DNA of 64,000 nucleotides from Candidatus Latescibacterota bacterium (GTDB lineage: Bacteria; Latescibacterota; UBA2968; UBA8231), in assembly GCA_965217585.1 (NCBI GenBank), contig OZ244561.1, forward strand, positions 6,208,001 to 6,272,000. The letters run 5' to 3'. The notes beneath the pieces are model-generated. The model ran no database searches. It was not told where the DNA came from and saw only the letters and a list, made by a program, of their open reading frames with translations. Below are positions 55,750 to 64,000 of this stretch, in pieces (position 1 is the stretch's first letter; each line of letters begins with the position of its first letter). A program made the translations under genes and the position numbers.

Positions 55750-56880
55750 ATGACCATCCAACTTAAATCAACAGACCAAACCCACTACGACGCCATCGCC
55801 CTAGGCGAAGTCCTCATGCGCATCGATCCCGGCCAAGTACCCACGGCTCGGGCGCGCACCGCCCGGATCTGGCACGGGGGCGGCGAGACTAATGTCGCCG
55901 AAGGCTTGAGTTATTGCTTCGGCTTGCGCGCCGCCGTCATTACGGCTCTTGTGGACGACGGGATCGGCCGCAACATCGAAAACCAACTGCGCGAAGCCGG
56001 GCTAGACACCGGGCATATCATCTGGTTTGACAACGGTGGTAAGGGCCAATTCAGCACCGACGCCAAGGGGACCTTGCACAACGGGATCAACTTCACTTGG
56101 GCCGGCAAGGGCCTTTTGCCTTCGGTGACCGAATACTATCGCGCCCACACCCCGGTGCGCGAAATCGGGCCTGGCGATGTGGACTGGGACCATCTCTTCG
56201 GCGCGTTGGGGACGCGGTGGTTTAGTACCGGCGGGATTTACACTTTGCTCTCGGAGAAGACGGCCGCACTGGCGTTAGAGGCCATGCAGAAAGCCGGCGA
56301 GCACGGCGCAGGCCGCTCCTTTGACCTCAACTACCGCTCCAAGGTCGAGCCGGACAAGGAGCGGGCACGCCAGATCAATCGCTCTATTGTGCCGCACGTC
56401 GAATTCCTCGTCGGCAACCAAGACGACTTTGACGACGCGCTGGGCTACGAAACCGAAAAGGTGGCCAAGGACGCCAGCTTTGATCAGTGGTTGGCGATCT
56501 ACACCAAGATGCTGCACCAAGTCGCCAATGACTATCCGAACCTCAAGTACATCGGCACGCAGTTGCGCGGCGCGCTGACGGCGGATCGCATCAACTGGGG
56601 CGCGGTGCTCTTCGACGTCGAGGAGGGCGAGATCTATCAAGCGGCTGTGCGGGAGAACATCGAAATCGCCGATCGCACCGGCGGCGGCGACTCCTTTGCC
56701 TCGGGCGTGATCGCGGTGCTGCTCGACGGCCGGGGAGCAGCCGACGCAGTGCAGTGGGGAGCCGCCCACGGTATCCTGGTGCAGGAGTGCATCGGCGACA
56801 CCACCATGGTCACGCGAGACGATGTTGAAAAGGAAGTCGCCCGCGCCCTCAAAGGCGGCGGCGTTTCGGCACTCAGATGA
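55750..56880 (+). CDS. PfkB family sugar kinase (2-keto-3-deoxygluconate kinase-like)
   Basis: LGEVLMR, GGGETNVA, SFDLNYR and DRTGGGDSFASG. Confidence 0.92.
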   Translation: MTIQLKSTDQTHYDAIALGEVLMRIDPGQVPTARARTARIWHGGGETNVAEGLSYCFGLRAAVITALVDDGIGRNIENQLREAGLDTGHIIWFDNGGKGQFSTDAKGTLHNGINFTWAGKGLLPSVTEYYRAHTPVREIGPGDVDWDHLFGALGTRWFSTGGIYTLLSEKTAALALEAMQKAGEHGAGRSFDLNYRSKVEPDKERARQINRSIVPHVEFLVGNQDDFDDALGYETEKVAKDASFDQWLAIYTKMLHQVANDYPNLKYIGTQLRGALTADRINWGAVLFDVEEGEIYQAAVRENIEIADRTGGGDSFASGVIAVLLDGRGAADAVQWGAAHGILVQECIGDTTMVTRDDVEKEVARALKGGGVSALR

Positions 56881-56888
56881 GGGAGCCT

Positions 56889-56914
56889 GTAGGGGCGTCC
56901 CTTGTGGGCGCCCT
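56889..56914 (+). repeat. GTAG-type REP-like palindrome
   Basis: GTAG-GGGCGTCC-CTTGT-GGGCGCCC, intergenic. Confidence 0.5.
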
Positions 56915-56932
56915 AATCAGTGGAGAACGAAC

Positions 56933-57952
56933 ATGAGCAGGTTGCAACGGAGTATTGGGTGGGTATTGGCGCTGGCCACGTCCACTATGGCTCAGGTCAC
57001 AGTCGAGGAAATCGAGTACGAGGGCTGGGCAAACTCGATTGAAATTTCAAATCCCGATGTGCGCGTAGTCGTGGTGCCGGCCATCGGTCGCATCATGCAC
57101 TACGGATTGGCCGGGGGCGAAAACATCCTCTGGTCCGATCCCAAACTCCACGGTCAGGTGCTGCCCGACGGCCAACCCAATGTCGATGAGGAAGGCCAGT
57201 ACGTGTGGACCAACTTCGGCGGCGATAAGGTCTGGCCCAACCAGCAGAGCGATTTTGTCAAAATTAACGGCCACTCTTGGCCGCCCGATCACGCTTTCGA
57301 CGGCGCGGTACACGAGGTTGAGTTGCGGTCCCAGGGGGTGTTGATCTACAGCCCAGTAAGCGATTACAATGGGGCGCGCAGCGTGCGCGAGATCCGCTTG
57401 GCGGAACGGGGCACGCGCGTGGAAATTCACCAGCGGATCGAAAAGCTGGCTGCTGCCAAGGTCGAGCCGTTGCGCTATACCATTTGGAACGTCACCCAGA
57501 TCCAGTCGCCCGAGCAGACCCTCTATCCGCTCAACCCGCACAGCCACTTCAATCTGCGCTATCACCCCTTTGGCTTTGCCGAGAGCGCGGCGATGGGCAA
57601 CTTTACCATTGAGGGCGACATTGGCATTTTCGTGCCCGACCCGGAGGAGGCGCAGAAGACTGGAGCTGACTCGGATCGCTGGCTGGCTGGCATTGTCGGC
57701 GACGTGGTCATGGCCGAGTTTTTTCGCCGCGATGGGACCCAGAGCTACCCGGACGGGGGCCTGAGTGCCGAGGTCTATACCTGCCCGGATTACACCGAAC
57801 TAGAGCTGTTAAGCCCTTGGGTCTATTTGCAGGTGGGCGAGACCTTGATGCACGAGATCGCTTGGGAATTGCACCGCTTGCCAGCGGACGCGGGGACGCC
57901 AGAGGCGCGGCGGCAAGCGGCCGTCGAATGGCTCGCTACGCGCGTGGAATGA
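56933..57952 (+). CDS. Exported hypothetical protein (DUF4380-like)
   Basis: Signal peptide; YEGW, VVVPAIGRIM, FGGDKVWP and YTELELLSP. Confidence 0.7.
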   Translation: MSRLQRSIGWVLALATSTMAQVTVEEIEYEGWANSIEISNPDVRVVVVPAIGRIMHYGLAGGENILWSDPKLHGQVLPDGQPNVDEEGQYVWTNFGGDKVWPNQQSDFVKINGHSWPPDHAFDGAVHEVELRSQGVLIYSPVSDYNGARSVREIRLAERGTRVEIHQRIEKLAAAKVEPLRYTIWNVTQIQSPEQTLYPLNPHSHFNLRYHPFGFAESAAMGNFTIEGDIGIFVPDPEEAQKTGADSDRWLAGIVGDVVMAEFFRRDGTQSYPDGGLSAEVYTCPDYTELELLSPWVYLQVGETLMHEIAWELHRLPADAGTPEARRQAAVEWLATRVE

Positions 57953-57963
57953 GGAGGGAATGC

Positions 57964-58971
57964 GTGAAACCTAAAGTGTTGGTGGATCCACATGGTTATG
58001 CGCAGCCAGAAGAGTTGGCGCGTCTGGGGCAAGTGGTCGAGGTCGTCGAACCGACGGAGCGCCTGTCCGAGCGGGCCTTTATCGAGGCGTTGGTTGGCTG
58101 TGAAGGCGTGATCCGTCTCGGGGGGCGGTTGCCCGAGCTGACGCGGGCTGTGTTTGAAGGGGCCCCCGACTTGCGGATCGCCGGCGTCAGCGGGGATCGC
58201 TTTGGCACGGGTATCGACTTGGCGGCCGCTGGGGAGCACGGCGTGCTGGCCGTGGATACCGACAATATCGCCTCGGCCGCGCCGGTGGCCGAGTGGGACT
58301 TGGCCCTGATGCTGTTTTGTCTGCGCAATGGGGCGGCGGTTTATCGGCAGATGATGGCGGGCGATGAGCAGTGGGCGCAGGCGGGCAACGACGACTTTGT
58401 CCACGGCGAATTGACCGGCAAGAAGGTCGGATTGGTTGGATGCGGGCACGTGGGGCAGCGGTTGGTCGAATTACTAGGTCCCTTTCGGGTGGATCTGCGC
58501 GTCGCCGATCCGTATTTGCCCGAGGCAGTGGCCGCGGAGTTGGGCATTGTGCGCGGCTCGCTCGACGAGGTGTTGCAACACGCCGACATCCTCGTCGTCC
58601 AAGTTCCACACACGCCCAAGACCGAAAAAATGATTGGTGCGCGGGAGCTCGATTTGCTGGGTCGCGGTCGCATCCTGATCAATTGTTGTCGCGGGCCGGT
58701 CGTGGATTACGAGGAACTGACGCAGCGGCTGGCAAGGGGCGAGCTAATCGCCGGACTTGATGTCTTCGACCCGGAGCCGCTGCCCAAAGACAGCCTCTTA
58801 CGCCACCTGCCCAACGTCTTTGTCAGCCCCCATATAGCTTGGTATGCGCCCGAGACGTTTGGCCGCTATTTTTCGGTGATGGTCGATGAGTTCGTGCGAT
58901 TCTTCCGTGGGGAAGGGCTGCGGTTTGAACTGACGCGGCGGATGGTGGACATCCGGCACGGGCGGATTTAG
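57964..58971 (+). CDS. D-2-hydroxyacid dehydrogenase family protein
   Basis: VGLVGCGHVG, INCCRG, GLDVFDPEPLP and SPHIA; GAGGAGG RBS before a GTG start. Confidence 0.9.
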   Translation: MKPKVLVDPHGYAQPEELARLGQVVEVVEPTERLSERAFIEALVGCEGVIRLGGRLPELTRAVFEGAPDLRIAGVSGDRFGTGIDLAAAGEHGVLAVDTDNIASAAPVAEWDLALMLFCLRNGAAVYRQMMAGDEQWAQAGNDDFVHGELTGKKVGLVGCGHVGQRLVELLGPFRVDLRVADPYLPEAVAAELGIVRGSLDEVLQHADILVVQVPHTPKTEKMIGARELDLLGRGRILINCCRGPVVDYEELTQRLARGELIAGLDVFDPEPLPKDSLLRHLPNVFVSPHIAWYAPETFGRYFSVMVDEFVRFFRGEGLRFELTRRMVDIRHGRI

Positions 58972-58978
58972 CGAGGAA

Positions 58979-59006
58979 AGGGGCAGGTCTGCGGCGACCT
59001 GCCCCT
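58979..59006. terminator. Hairpin between convergent genes (terminator or REP-like)
   Basis: 11-bp stem AGGGGCAGGTC/GACCTGCCCCT with a 6-nt loop; no strong U tract. Confidence 0.45.
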
Positions 59007-59019
59007 CGGAAAATGGTTC

Positions 59020-59949
59020 CTACTTGGAGCCTTTGCGGCCGGGAAAGGTCAGCTCGGCAATACCCGACTTGTCGAGGTCACCGAGGCCCAGTTTTTTCAT
59101 TTTGTCGTACTGGCGCTTGGTCGCTTGGGCCAGCGGTAGGCTAAGCTTATTTTGGCGGGCCAGTGCGAGGGCGATGCCGGAGTCCTTGGCCGCGTGGTCC
59201 GCGGAAAAATAGCACTCGTGGTCGCGGATGGTCATGTCCTCGCCGTCGGTCTCTAGGACGCGCGAGTTGGCTCCAGTTTGGGAGAAGACCTTCATCAGCG
59301 TCTTCAGGTCCAGCCCGAGGGCTTGGCCTAGGCCCAACCCTTCGGCCAGCCCAGCGGTGTTGATGTTCATGACCATGTTGACGAGGGCCTTGACTTGGGC
59401 CGCTTGGCCGGCCGGGCCGATATAGCGCAAATCGACGCTCAGGGCGTCGAGGATGGGCCGGACGCGGTTGAAGACGCTGCGCTTGCCGCCGCACATCAAA
59501 TACAGCGTGCCTTGGCGCGCTTGGGTGATGCTCGAGGCCATGCAGCCTTCGAGGGAGGAAGCACCAACCGCTGCCGCGCGCTCTTCGACCTCGACGTGGA
59601 CCGCGGGCGAGATGGTGGCGCAGTTGATAAAGGTGGTGCCTTTGGCATTGGCCAACAGGGAGTCGCCAGAAGTGGAAAAGATCGAACGCACGGCCGCGTC
59701 GTCGGTGACCACGGTGATGACCACGTCGGAGAGGGCCGTAACTTCGGCCAGGGTTTTGGGAGCGGCGCAGCTGAGCTCTTTGGCTAGTTTGCGGGCGGAG
59801 CGGCTGTTGGCGTCGAATACGGCCGAAATGTTGAAGCCCTTGTCGTTGAGGTTAAGGGCCATGTTGGCTCCCATACGACCCACGCCGACAAAGCCGATTT
59901 GAAAGTCCTTTTTGCCCTTTTTGCTTTTGGCGGATTTTCTTTTTGCCAT
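59020..59949 (-). CDS. 3-hydroxyisobutyrate dehydrogenase-family NAD(P)-dependent oxidoreductase
   Basis: IGFVGVGRMGANMALNL, VKALVNM and FSADHAAKD. Confidence 0.92.
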   Translation of the reverse strand: MAKRKSAKSKKGKKDFQIGFVGVGRMGANMALNLNDKGFNISAVFDANSRSARKLAKELSCAAPKTLAEVTALSDVVITVVTDDAAVRSIFSTSGDSLLANAKGTTFINCATISPAVHVEVEERAAAVGASSLEGCMASSITQARQGTLYLMCGGKRSVFNRVRPILDALSVDLRYIGPAGQAAQVKALVNMVMNINTAGLAEGLGLGQALGLDLKTLMKVFSQTGANSRVLETDGEDMTIRDHECYFSADHAAKDSGIALALARQNKLSLPLAQATKRQYDKMKKLGLGDLDKSGIAELTFPGRKGSK

Positions 59950-60085
59950 TTCGTTCTCCTCAGTTGAAGGGGTAAAATGTCCTAACCGCCGACCAAAGCG
60001 GTCGGCGGAAAACGAATTGTGGTGGGCCGAATGCGATGGCCCATAACATACTGAGCGCGTTAGATATATTCAATAGAGGTGTGCT

Positions 60086-60877
60086 ATGAAAGTAGGGATC
60101 ACGCAGATCATTTTGGGGAGCATGTCGTTAGAGGACACCCTGACGCTGTGCGAGGACGCTGGCTACCAAGCTGTGGAGTTGGTTTTTGCCGAGGGCAAGG
60201 ACCTGGATCCGAGCATGAGCGCCGACGAGATCGCGCAGGTTGGGCAGCAGTGCGTTGCGGCCGGAGTTGAAATCGGCAGCGTCATTGTCTGGTATCAGGA
60301 GCGCGGCAATCTGCTCAGCCGCGATGCCGGCGAGCGCGAGCGGTGCCTCAAGTGCTTGCGGCGCTCGCTTGAGATCGCCGGTGCGCTGTCGGTTGATGGG
60401 GTGCTGCTGCACCCGGGCCAGCTAGCGGTCGAGGGTACCTATCAGCAGGCTTGGGATGGGTTGCGGGACGCGCTGAGCGATACGGCCCCCTTGGCCGAGG
60501 AAATGGGGGCGGCCATTGGCTTGGAAAACGTCTGGAACAAGTTCCTGCTCAGCCCGCGCGAAGCCCGGCTTTTCGTCGATGAAATCGACAGCGAGTGGGT
60601 GGGGATCTACCTCGACACGGCTAACATGATGGCCTATGGCTATCCAGAGCACTGGATCCGCGAGTTGGGGCCGCGCATCAAGAAGGTCCATTTCAAGGAT
60701 TTCCGCCGCAGCGAGCACAGCTTCGTCAACCTGCTTGAAGGGGATACAGACTGGCCGGCGGTCATGGCCGCCTTGCGGGCGGTGGGATACGATTCTACGC
60801 TGATTCACGAAGTGGGCGGCAGCCGCGAAGAACTCATTGATCTTGGTGCGCGCATGCGCCAAATTGCCGCCTTGTAA
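60086..60877 (+). CDS. Sugar phosphate isomerase/epimerase (xylose isomerase-like TIM barrel)
   Basis: LENVWNKFLLSP, YLDTAN, VHFKD and LLEGDTDW. Confidence 0.9.
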   Translation: MKVGITQIILGSMSLEDTLTLCEDAGYQAVELVFAEGKDLDPSMSADEIAQVGQQCVAAGVEIGSVIVWYQERGNLLSRDAGERERCLKCLRRSLEIAGALSVDGVLLHPGQLAVEGTYQQAWDGLRDALSDTAPLAEEMGAAIGLENVWNKFLLSPREARLFVDEIDSEWVGIYLDTANMMAYGYPEHWIRELGPRIKKVHFKDFRRSEHSFVNLLEGDTDWPAVMAALRAVGYDSTLIHEVGGSREELIDLGARMRQIAAL

Positions 60878-60895
60878 ACATAGGAGGAATGAGAC

Positions 60896-61618
60896 ATGGT
60901 GTACATCATCAATTGGCGCGACGTCCAACCCAACATAGCCCACCTGAGTGCTGTGCATTGGGGTGGGTTGCGCGACCGCGATGGCGATGACGACCCAGAT
61001 CCGCGCCATTGCCTAGAGCGCCTGCAGGGCTTTGCCCGCCACGCGCTACAGGGCCGCAAGAATTCGGATTACCACAAGCACGAAAACCTCGAACAAGTGT
61101 ACTACGTGCTCTCGGGTAGCGGCTATGTGCTCTTTGACAAGGAGCGCTTTCCCGTGCAGGAAGGCGACGCGGTGTACCTGCCGTCGGGCGTCCATCACCA
61201 GATGTTTAACGACGCCAGCGAGGACTGGCTCGAACACCACGTGATCAGCCAAAGAATCGCGGCCAACAGCGGAGAGTTTGCCATCCGCAACTGGCGCGAT
61301 GTGCCGGCGATGGGCGACGGTGCGGGCGCGGTGCGCTGGCATCAGCTAGGCCCGGTCGGCGAGGAGGGAGTGGGCTTTACGCAGGGGCTGCGCTGCATCG
61401 ACCGCGAGGCCGTACAGCCGCGTGGACAGACGGTCGAGCGCTGCAGCGAAGAGCTGGAGCAGGTCTATTACGTGCTGGAAAACAGCGGCGTCTTGGAAGT
61501 CGAGGGCGACGAGCAGGAGATTCGGGAAGGGGATATGATCCACCTGCCACCGGGCACGCGCTACGCGATCCGCAACCCGCACGCCGAGTGGCTTTCCTAT
61601 CTCATCATGGCGGCCTGA
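60896..61618 (+). CDS. Bicupin protein
   Basis: Two cupin units: HKHENLEQVYYVLSGSG...GDAVYLP...H and EQVYYVLE...GDMIHLP. Confidence 0.85.
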   Translation: MVYIINWRDVQPNIAHLSAVHWGGLRDRDGDDDPDPRHCLERLQGFARHALQGRKNSDYHKHENLEQVYYVLSGSGYVLFDKERFPVQEGDAVYLPSGVHHQMFNDASEDWLEHHVISQRIAANSGEFAIRNWRDVPAMGDGAGAVRWHQLGPVGEEGVGFTQGLRCIDREAVQPRGQTVERCSEELEQVYYVLENSGVLEVEGDEQEIREGDMIHLPPGTRYAIRNPHAEWLSYLIMAA

Positions 61619-61621
61619 GCT

Positions 61622-61846
61622 ATGTCACTAGACCAATTGCACGCCACCCTGCAAGCGCTGATGGCGGCTATCGACAATCGCGAGGGCGAGTCGATTGCCA
61701 CGCATCTGCGGCAGCTCGACGAACTCGGACAGGGGCTGGGTAACGAAGCCCCGCCGATGTTGCGCCACTACTTGGAGAAGCGCAGCTATACCAAGGCCCT
61801 GGACTTTTTGGAAGGGCGTGATGAGGCCGCGGCTCCCAACTGCTAA
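61622..61846 (+). CDS. Small hypothetical protein
   Basis: LRHYLEKRSYTKAL motif; fits the operon spacing. Confidence 0.65.
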   Translation: MSLDQLHATLQALMAAIDNREGESIATHLRQLDELGQGLGNEAPPMLRHYLEKRSYTKALDFLEGRDEAAAPNC

Positions 61847-62162
61847 AAGCCCCATGCGCCAGGCGTTCTACGAGACCATCGCCTGCGTGCCCTACGGCAA
61901 GGTCGCCACCTACGGGCAGATCGCGACCCTGGCCGGCTATCCGGGGCGGGCGCGGCAAGTAGGTTTTGCTTTAGCGGGGATGCCCGAGGAATGGGACCTG
62001 CCTTGGCACCGCATCATCAATGCCCAAGGCAAGGTCTCGCCGCGCAGCGGCAGCAAATTTCATCTGTTGCAATACGAGCTTTTGGCCAGCGAGGGCGTTG
62101 TCTTTACAGCGCAACGCATCGACCTGAACCGGTTTGGCTGGCGACCTGAGGCGGAGGATTGA
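61821..62162 (+). CDS. Alkyltransferase-like (ATL, MGMT family) protein
   Basis: VPYGKVATYGQIA, ARQVG and PWHRI (Trp in place of the catalytic Cys). The start may be 61854. Confidence 0.88.
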   Translation: MRPRLPTAKSPMRQAFYETIACVPYGKVATYGQIATLAGYPGRARQVGFALAGMPEEWDLPWHRIINAQGKVSPRSGSKFHLLQYELLASEGVVFTAQRIDLNRFGWRPEAED

Positions 62163-63490
62163 AATCTCTCGACCGTCAGATACTCCGACTCGCCGTTCCC
62201 AGTATTCTCACTGCCCTATCTACGCCGCTGATCGGCATCGCCGACACTGCGCTGATCGGCCATTTGCCGGAAGTGGCCTTTATGGGCGCGGTCTCTACGG
62301 CGAGTTTGATCTTCAATGGCATATTTTGGTGCTTGGCCTTTCTGCGCATGGGGACCACGGCGCTGGTGGCCCAGTACAGCGGGGCCGGGGATCGACGCCA
62401 GAGCGCGGGGGTGCTCTACCGCTCGTTGATCGTGGCCGTCTTATTCGGCATGGGGATCGCGGTAGCCGGCGGTTGGATCGGCCGGATTGGGTTCGAGTTG
62501 GCCGGCGGATCTCCCCAAGTCCAGTACTGGGGCATACGCTACTTCGCCATCCGGGTGTGGGAAGCGCCCCTGGCGCTGAGCGTTATGACGCTCAACGGCT
62601 TTTTCCTCGGGACCGCCAATGTCATAGCACCGCTCTGGGTTACGACCGTCGCCAATCTGGTCAACATCGGTGCAGACTACGTGCTTATCTATGGCAAGTT
62701 GGGCGCTCCTAAGCTGGGCGTCGAAGGGGCGGCTTGGGCTTCCGTACTGGGCAATGCGGCGGCGCTGGCCACCGGGGGTTTTTTGTTGCTACGCGGCTAC
62801 CGCTCCTATCTGCGGGAGTGGCCTACAAGGCTTTGGGACCTGCGCGCGATGAAGCGCTTAATGCAGACCAATGCCTTCCTTTTCGGCCGCACCCTATGTC
62901 TGCAATTTGCCGGTTTTTTTACGCTCGGCATGGTCTCGCGGATGGGCGAAGCACCGCTGGCGGCCAACGCCGTGATCTTGCAGGTTTGGGGGCTGACCAG
63001 CTTCGCCGTTGACGGCTTTGCCCACGCCGCCGAGACGCTGGTCGGCCGCTGCTTAGGGGGACACCTTTTTGCCGAGGCCCGGCAGCTCGCTCGGCGGATC
63101 ATCTGCTGGGGCTTGGGTTTGGGAGCGGGGTTTGGTTTGGCTTACTTTGCGGCCTTGGAGCCTATTGCCGCGCTGTTTACCCCGCATCGGGAAGTCGTAG
63201 AACAGGTCGGCGCGCTCTATGTACTCATCGCTCTGCTCCAACCGTTGAACGCCGTGGTCTTTGTCTTTGACGGAATTTTTATTGGCGCTAGCGATATGGG
63301 GTATCTGTTCAAGGCTATGGCGCTGGCCACTTTTGGGGTGTTTGTGCCTTCGGCGTTGGTTTTTATATACTGGTTGGATTGGGAGTTGGCCGGTGCTTGG
63401 ATGGCCTATAGCGGCCTAATGGTCGGCCGCTTTGTTACACTGTGGCCGCGTTATCGCGGCGATGCTTGGTTGCGGAGCTTTGTCGAATAG
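62159..63490 (+). CDS. MATE family efflux transporter (DinF-like)
   Basis: PLIGIADTALIGHL, FLRMGTTALVAQ, DGFAHAAETLVG and FDGIFIG. Confidence 0.92.
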   Translation: MKSLDRQILRLAVPSILTALSTPLIGIADTALIGHLPEVAFMGAVSTASLIFNGIFWCLAFLRMGTTALVAQYSGAGDRRQSAGVLYRSLIVAVLFGMGIAVAGGWIGRIGFELAGGSPQVQYWGIRYFAIRVWEAPLALSVMTLNGFFLGTANVIAPLWVTTVANLVNIGADYVLIYGKLGAPKLGVEGAAWASVLGNAAALATGGFLLLRGYRSYLREWPTRLWDLRAMKRLMQTNAFLFGRTLCLQFAGFFTLGMVSRMGEAPLAANAVILQVWGLTSFAVDGFAHAAETLVGRCLGGHLFAEARQLARRIICWGLGLGAGFGLAYFAALEPIAALFTPHREVVEQVGALYVLIALLQPLNAVVFVFDGIFIGASDMGYLFKAMALATFGVFVPSALVFIYWLDWELAGAWMAYSGLMVGRFVTLWPRYRGDAWLRSFVE

Positions 63491-63607
63491 ACCAACGCTG
63501 GAAAGCCAGCCGATGGCCGTTGCGACCGCGGTTGCCCAAAAACCAAAGACACGCCTAGATGTATTGGGCTGAGTACTCGGTGGCTTATGATTTCAGGAGA
63601 GAGATCT

Positions 63608-63877
63608 ATGCCTATTCTGTCCATGTTCTACGGTATAGTGATTCGCATGTATTTTTATGACGATAAACAACACCACAGGCCCCACGTGCATGCCGAATAC
63701 GCCGGCGAGCAGGCGGTGTTCAGTATTGGCGATGGGGAGATGTTAGCTGGCAGTCTGCCCTCTGGGAAAGCTCGATTGGTGCAAGCGTGGATTGAAATAC
63801 ATCGAGAAGAACTAATAGCCAATTGGCAACTGGCTGTGAATGGCGAAGAAGTGTTCAAGATCGAGCCATTAAAGTAG
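63608..63877 (+). CDS. DUF4160 family protein (putative toxin)
   Basis: MPILSMFYGIVIRMY...HHRPHVHAEY...WIEIHREELIANW. Confidence 0.9.
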   Translation: MPILSMFYGIVIRMYFYDDKQHHRPHVHAEYAGEQAVFSIGDGEMLAGSLPSGKARLVQAWIEIHREELIANWQLAVNGEEVFKIEPLK

Positions 63878-63888
63878 GAGAGTTGAAT

Positions 63889-64000
63889 GTGAATCCCCAT
63901 GTCAAACAGGTGCGTCCTCTAGAAGATTACCAACTGGAGGTGATATTTGAGAACGGCGAGCAGCGGCTATTCAATATGAAACCCTACCTCCAGAAGGGCG
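63889..64000 (+). CDS. DUF2442 family protein (partial, runs off the window)
   Basis: GTG start after AGGAG; VKQVRPLEDYQLEVIFENGEQRLFNMKPYL. Usual partner of DUF4160. Confidence 0.8.
   Translation, partial: MNPHVKQVRPLEDYQLEVIFENGEQRLFNMKPYLQKG

Noticed and set aside
1-64000. CRISPR array, tRNA or rRNA genes, integron attC array
   Set aside because: No regularly spaced repeat-spacer series, cloverleaf or rRNA-like segment was seen by eye. The repeats found are coding (LRR) or gene-fragment duplications. A covariance-model scan was not possible.

Overview
GC-rich bacterial chromosome segment with no rRNA, tRNA or CRISPR array visible. The backbone is catabolic and transport genes: three mandelate-racemase/enolase-family enzymes, amidohydrolases, Gfo/Idh/MocA oxidoreductases, a Na+/solute symporter, a TonB receptor and a GHMP kinase. 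It also carries a secreted internalin-like LRR protein, many toxin-antitoxin genes and an AAA/PD-(D/E)XK gene, a mix typical of host-associated (e.g. sponge-symbiont) lineages; that placement is inference only. Two accessory regions stand out. Region 1 (about 9.5-27.8 kb) is a mosaic hotspot downstream of a DUF3604-like gene. It contains repeated copies of that gene's 3' end, orphan antitoxins, a HEPN protein, an IS630 element and two near-identical Uma2 genes bracketing a complete Bil (ISG15-like ubiquitination, bilABCD) anti-phage operon. Directly upstream of bilA is a three-gene module: an ECF-like sigma factor, an XRE-like putative anti-sigma, and an ImmA/IrrE metallopeptidase-UvrD helicase-degenerate PD-(D/E)XK fusion. 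An identical bipartite promoter-like motif (TTTCCG-N17-CGATTA) lies in front of both the sigma gene and bilA. This suggests a dedicated DNA-sensing, proteolysis-triggered sigma switch controlling the ubiquitin-like defence system, and it is the best candidate here for an undescribed system. Region 2 (about 42-50.3 kb) is a second defence-like island: RecQ-PRTase plus DprA (RqlHI-like), a chimeric SF1 helicase and an AAA/PD-(D/E)XK protein. All family assignments come from motif recognition by eye; no database search was run.
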